Of a stretch of DNA of 64,000 bases, positions 60,141 through 64,000 are shown one piece after another (the stretch's first letter is position 1; the number at the start of each line of letters is the position of its first letter). Below the pieces are notes generated by a model that saw only the letters and a list, made by a program, of their open reading frames with translations, was not told where the DNA came from and did not search any database. The translations under genes were made by a program, and so were the position numbers. The stretch spans positions 23,076 to 87,075 of the forward strand of contig JAPDFW010000010.1 in NCBI GenBank assembly GCA_028826165.1, given 5' to 3'. This DNA is from Anaeramoeba ignava BMAN (Eukaryota; Protista; Anaeramoebae).

Positions 60141-61003
60141 CATTTTGATTTTGATTTTGATTTTGATTTTGATTTTGATTTTGATTTTGATTTTCACTTT
60201 GATTTTGATTTTGATTTTGATTTTGATTTTGATTTTGATTTTGATTTTGATTTTGATTTTGATTTTCATTTTGATTTTGATTTTGATTTTCACTTTCATT
60301 TTCATTTTCATTTTGATTTTCATTTTCACTTTCATTTTCATTTTGATTTTGATTTTGATTTTGATTTTGATTTTGATTTTGATTTTCACTTTCATTTTGA
60401 TTTTCATTTTGATTTTGATTTTGATTTTGATTTTGATTTTGATTTTGATTTTGATTTTGATTTTGATTTTGATTTTGATTTTGATTTTGATTTTGATTTT
60501 GATTTTGATTTTGATTTTGATTTTGATTTTGATTTTCATTTTCATTTTCATTTTCATTTTGATTTTGATTTTGATTTTGATTTTGATTTTCATTTCATTT
60601 TTGCTTTCACTTTCATTTTTCATTTTCATTTTCAGTTTCAGTTTCAGTTTCACTTTTGACTTTCATTTTGATTTCATTTTGATTTTGATTTTGATTTTGA
60701 TTTTGATTTTGATTTTGATTTTGATTTTGATTTTCATTTTGATTTTGATTTTGATTTTGATTTTGATTTTGATTTTGATTTTGCTTTTGATTTTGATTTT
60801 GATTTTGATTTTGATTTTGATTTTGATTTTGATTTTGATTTTGATTTTGATTTTGATTTTGATTTTCATTTTCATTTTCATTTTCATTTTGATTTTGATT
60901 TTGATTTTGATTTTGATTTTGATTTTGATTTTCACTTTTGCTTTCACTTTCACTTTCATTTTCATTTTCACTTTCATTTTCATTTTCACTTTCATTTTCA
61001 GTT

Positions 61004-61040
<37 letters not shown>

Positions 61041-64000
61041 CATTTTGATTTTCACTTTCATTTTGATTTTGATTTTGATTTTGATTTTGATTTTGATTTT
61101 GATTTTCATTTTGATTTATTTTGATTTTGATTTTTGATTTATTTTGATTTTGATTTTGATTTTGATTTTGATTTTGATTTTGATTTTGATTTTGATTTTG
61201 ATTTTGATTTTCATTTTGATTTTGATTTTGATTTTGATTTTGATTTTGATTTTGATTTTGATTTTGATTTTGATTTTGATTTTGATTTTGATTTTGATTT
61301 TGATTTTCATTTTCTTTTTCATTTTCATTTTCATTTTGATTTTGATTTTGATTTTGATTTTGATTTTGATTTTCATTTTCACTTTTGCTTTCACTTTCAC
61401 TTTCATTTTCATTTTCACTTTCATTTTCAGTTTCATTTTCATTTTCATTTTCATTTTTCTTTTTCTTTTGATTTTCATTTTCATTTTCAATTTTGATTTT
61501 GATTTTGATTTTGATTTTGATTTTTGATTTTGATTTTTGATTTTGATTTTGATTTTGATTTTGATTTTGATTTTGCTTTTCTTTCACTTTCATTTTCAAT
61601 TTTGTTTCACTTTCACTTTCATTTTCACTTTCATTTTCATTTTCATTTTCACTTTCTTTTTCAGTTTCACTTTCATTTTCAGTTTCATTTTCATTTTCAT
61701 TTTCACTTTCTTTTTCAGTTTCACTTTCATTTTCAGTTTCATTTTCAGTTTCATTTTCAGTTTCATTTTCATTTTCATTTTCATTTTCATTTTGATTTTC
61801 TAAAATAATAGTTTTTAAATTTAAATTTAAAAAGAAATTCTATTTTAAAAATGTTTTCAAAAATTTTTCGATTTTCATATAAAACCATGTTATTGGAAAT
61901 TCTTTTTGATTTTTCATTTTCATTTTCATTTTCATTTTCATTTTCATTTTCATTTTCATTTTCAAATAATAAAATTAAAGAATTAATTCTATTTTTTGAA
62001 TTCCATATCCAATTTTTGCAATTGATTTTGAATTTTTGATTTTGTTTTTGTATTTCAAATTTTGTATTTTGTTTTTGATTAAATTTTTGAATAAATTCAA
62101 AAACATCTTCTAATTTTAAATCAAATATTTCAATTAATTTTTCTAATTTGATTTTTGATTTTCATTTTGATTTTTATTTTCACTTTGATTTTTGAATTAG
62201 TTTAACAAATCGTGAAAATCTTAAAAATATAATTTTCTGTTCATTTTCTTCTTCTTTTTGATTTTGATTTTGATTTTGATTTTGATTTTGTTCTTGTAAT
62301 TTAGAATTATATATTTTAAATAATAAATCTTTTTCATTTTTATTTTTATTTTGTAAATCAATTCCTGCTTCATTTTTGAATTTGTTTATCAAATTTTTGA
62401 TATTATCAAATTGTTCTGTTTTTTCTTGATTTATTAAAAATAATTCAGATCTAAATTTTGTAATTTTTTCAATTTGATCTTTAATTTTTTCATTATTTTT
62501 CTCAATTTCTTGATTATTTTTGTTAACTTCTTCTTTAATATTTTGATAAATTTTAGTTTTTATTATATATCCTTTTCTTTTTTGATTTTGATTTTGAATT
62601 TGAATTATTTTATATTCAAGATATTTTTCAGTTAAAATGTTTGAATGAGAAAGTTCATTATTTAATTTTATATCTTTTGATAGTAATTGATTAATAGATA
62701 TTCCAATCTTTTCTAATTCAAATACAAAAACTCTAATAATATCTTTTACTAATTTTTCTAATTTTGATTTAAGTATTTCTTCAATTAATTCTTTTATAAA
62801 ACTTTTCCAAAATGAAATATAATTTTGATTACTTGTTTGATTTAAATTATCTTTCTTTTGTTTTTTTAATCGAAAATTAATTCCTTCAATTATAATTCTT
62901 ATTAGGAATTTATAATTTTCTAATAATAATATATTATTATTTTTATTATAACATTTTTCATTATTTGTATTAAAAATTTTGGATCAAATTTAAATTCTTT
63001 GAATATATTATTATTTATAAAATCAATATTGAAAAGTAATAAAATTCTTTCAATTTCAATTTGTTCCAATTTTTCCCAAATTTCAATAATTTCTTTTTTT
63101 TCTTTTTCTTTTTTCTGTTAAAATTTTGTTTAATTTGTTTTTGATAAATTGAATATCTTTTGGAATTTGATTCAAAAAATATTTTAAATTTTGATTTTTT
63201 ATCTTATTAAATAAATTATTAATAAATTCTTTTATCATATTTTCTAATGGTGAAAATCTTAAATCCAAATTTTTGATATCAAATTTAATTCTTTTTAATA
63301 ATTCACCACATTTAATAATTGAAATAAATTCTTCCCAATTTTCACTTTTTTCAATTTCAATAAATGATTCTTTTTCTAAATCATAAATAGAAAGAATTTG
63401 GTTTGTTAATCCTCTTTGAATTTCTTTAATTTCTTGATAAATTTTTATATGTTTTGGTGGTAAAGAATAAATTAGAAAATCATTTAAATATTTTGTAAAA
63501 TATAATCTTTTCTTTTTTCCAATTTCTTCAAAAATAGAATTAATTTTTTCTGGGAAATAAAAGAAATAATAACTAAATGGAAATTCAATTTGTTCTATTT
63601 TTTGGTTTTTTTCTAATTGTTGATAATCAACTTCAAATATTTGGAATTTATCAAAACATTTTTCCCATATTTCTTTTGAATATTCTTCTTTATATAAATT
63701 TAAATTTCCAAATTTATCAATTTCTTCAATTATTTGTATTATTATTTTAATTGAAAAATCATTCCAATTTCTATAAATAACTGAATTTAGAGATTCAAAA
63801 TAACTTATATTTTTGCTATTTAAAATTAATTCAATAATTTTTTCCCATTTTTGATTAACAATTTTATTTGAATCAAAACTTTCTTGAAATTTCTTGTAAA
63901 TTAATTTTTTGATTTCTTCATCATATTCTTTAATGTTTTTGTTTGATTTATTAAAAAGAAATTTCAAAAATTTCTTTCAAAAAGTTCTTCAAAAATTTTT
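58690..64000 (-). CDS. 3' part of a very large hypothetical helical protein (5' end outside the window), with a ~1.9-kb NQ/NE/SE repeat and apparent frameshifts
   Basis: Contiguous minus-strand coding-like sequence (63083-63967, 62180-63060, 61800-62170, 58690-59890). No confident family. FPFSYY...YLNDFL is weakly reminiscent of RNF213-like giant proteins. Confidence 0.5.
59895..61800 (-). repeat. ~1.9-kb hexamer tract (AAAATC/AAAATG/AAAGTG/AAACTG on the minus strand)
   Basis: Seen directly. It is the source of many spurious ORFs. Confidence 0.9.

Noticed and set aside
56816-61808. Many ORFs of poly-IL, KI, FD, FH or MK (also at 16476-17139, 22591, 30169, 31845-32423, 39768-40095)
   Set aside because: They are alternative-frame or antisense readings of stop-free hexamer microsatellites, not genes.
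1-64000. tRNA/rRNA genes, transposases, reverse transcriptases, or an alternative genetic code
   Set aside because: None were recognised by eye. Conserved genes translate cleanly with the standard code and end in TAA, TAG or TGA. Small ncRNAs cannot be excluded without a covariance search.

Overview
Very AT-rich eukaryotic nuclear DNA with about 25 protein-coding loci, GT-AG spliceosomal introns often filled with 5-12 bp microsatellites, and poly-NQ/NE tracts inside exons. The RCC1-BTB, Kelch-BTB and BTB-TLDc genes, the AAAATC/AAAATG repeats and a nuclear intein suggest an anaerobic metamonad amoeba such as Anaeramoeba (inference, not verified). Recognisable genes include exportin-1 (CRM1/XPO1), TAF6, a DNAJA chaperone, DP- and LIN9-like cell-cycle regulators, RasGEF, ankyrin-RhoGEF-PH, TBC RabGAP, VAP, an ADP-ribosylglycohydrolase, a DCX protein and a tRNA-binding OB-fold protein. 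The strongest signal is a 537-aa intein (47781-49391, minus strand) inserted in-frame in exportin-1 next to the NES-binding groove. It has intact splicing motifs and a decayed LAGLIDADG endonuclease. The second signal is a pair of intronless Crinkler-like P-loop NTPase genes: one full-length with a PD-(D/E)xK-like nuclease (52606-54420), and one truncated copy between 32-bp direct repeats (9533-10486). Most short ORFs in the track are repeat artefacts. Several frameshifts and one local duplication look like long-read consensus errors.
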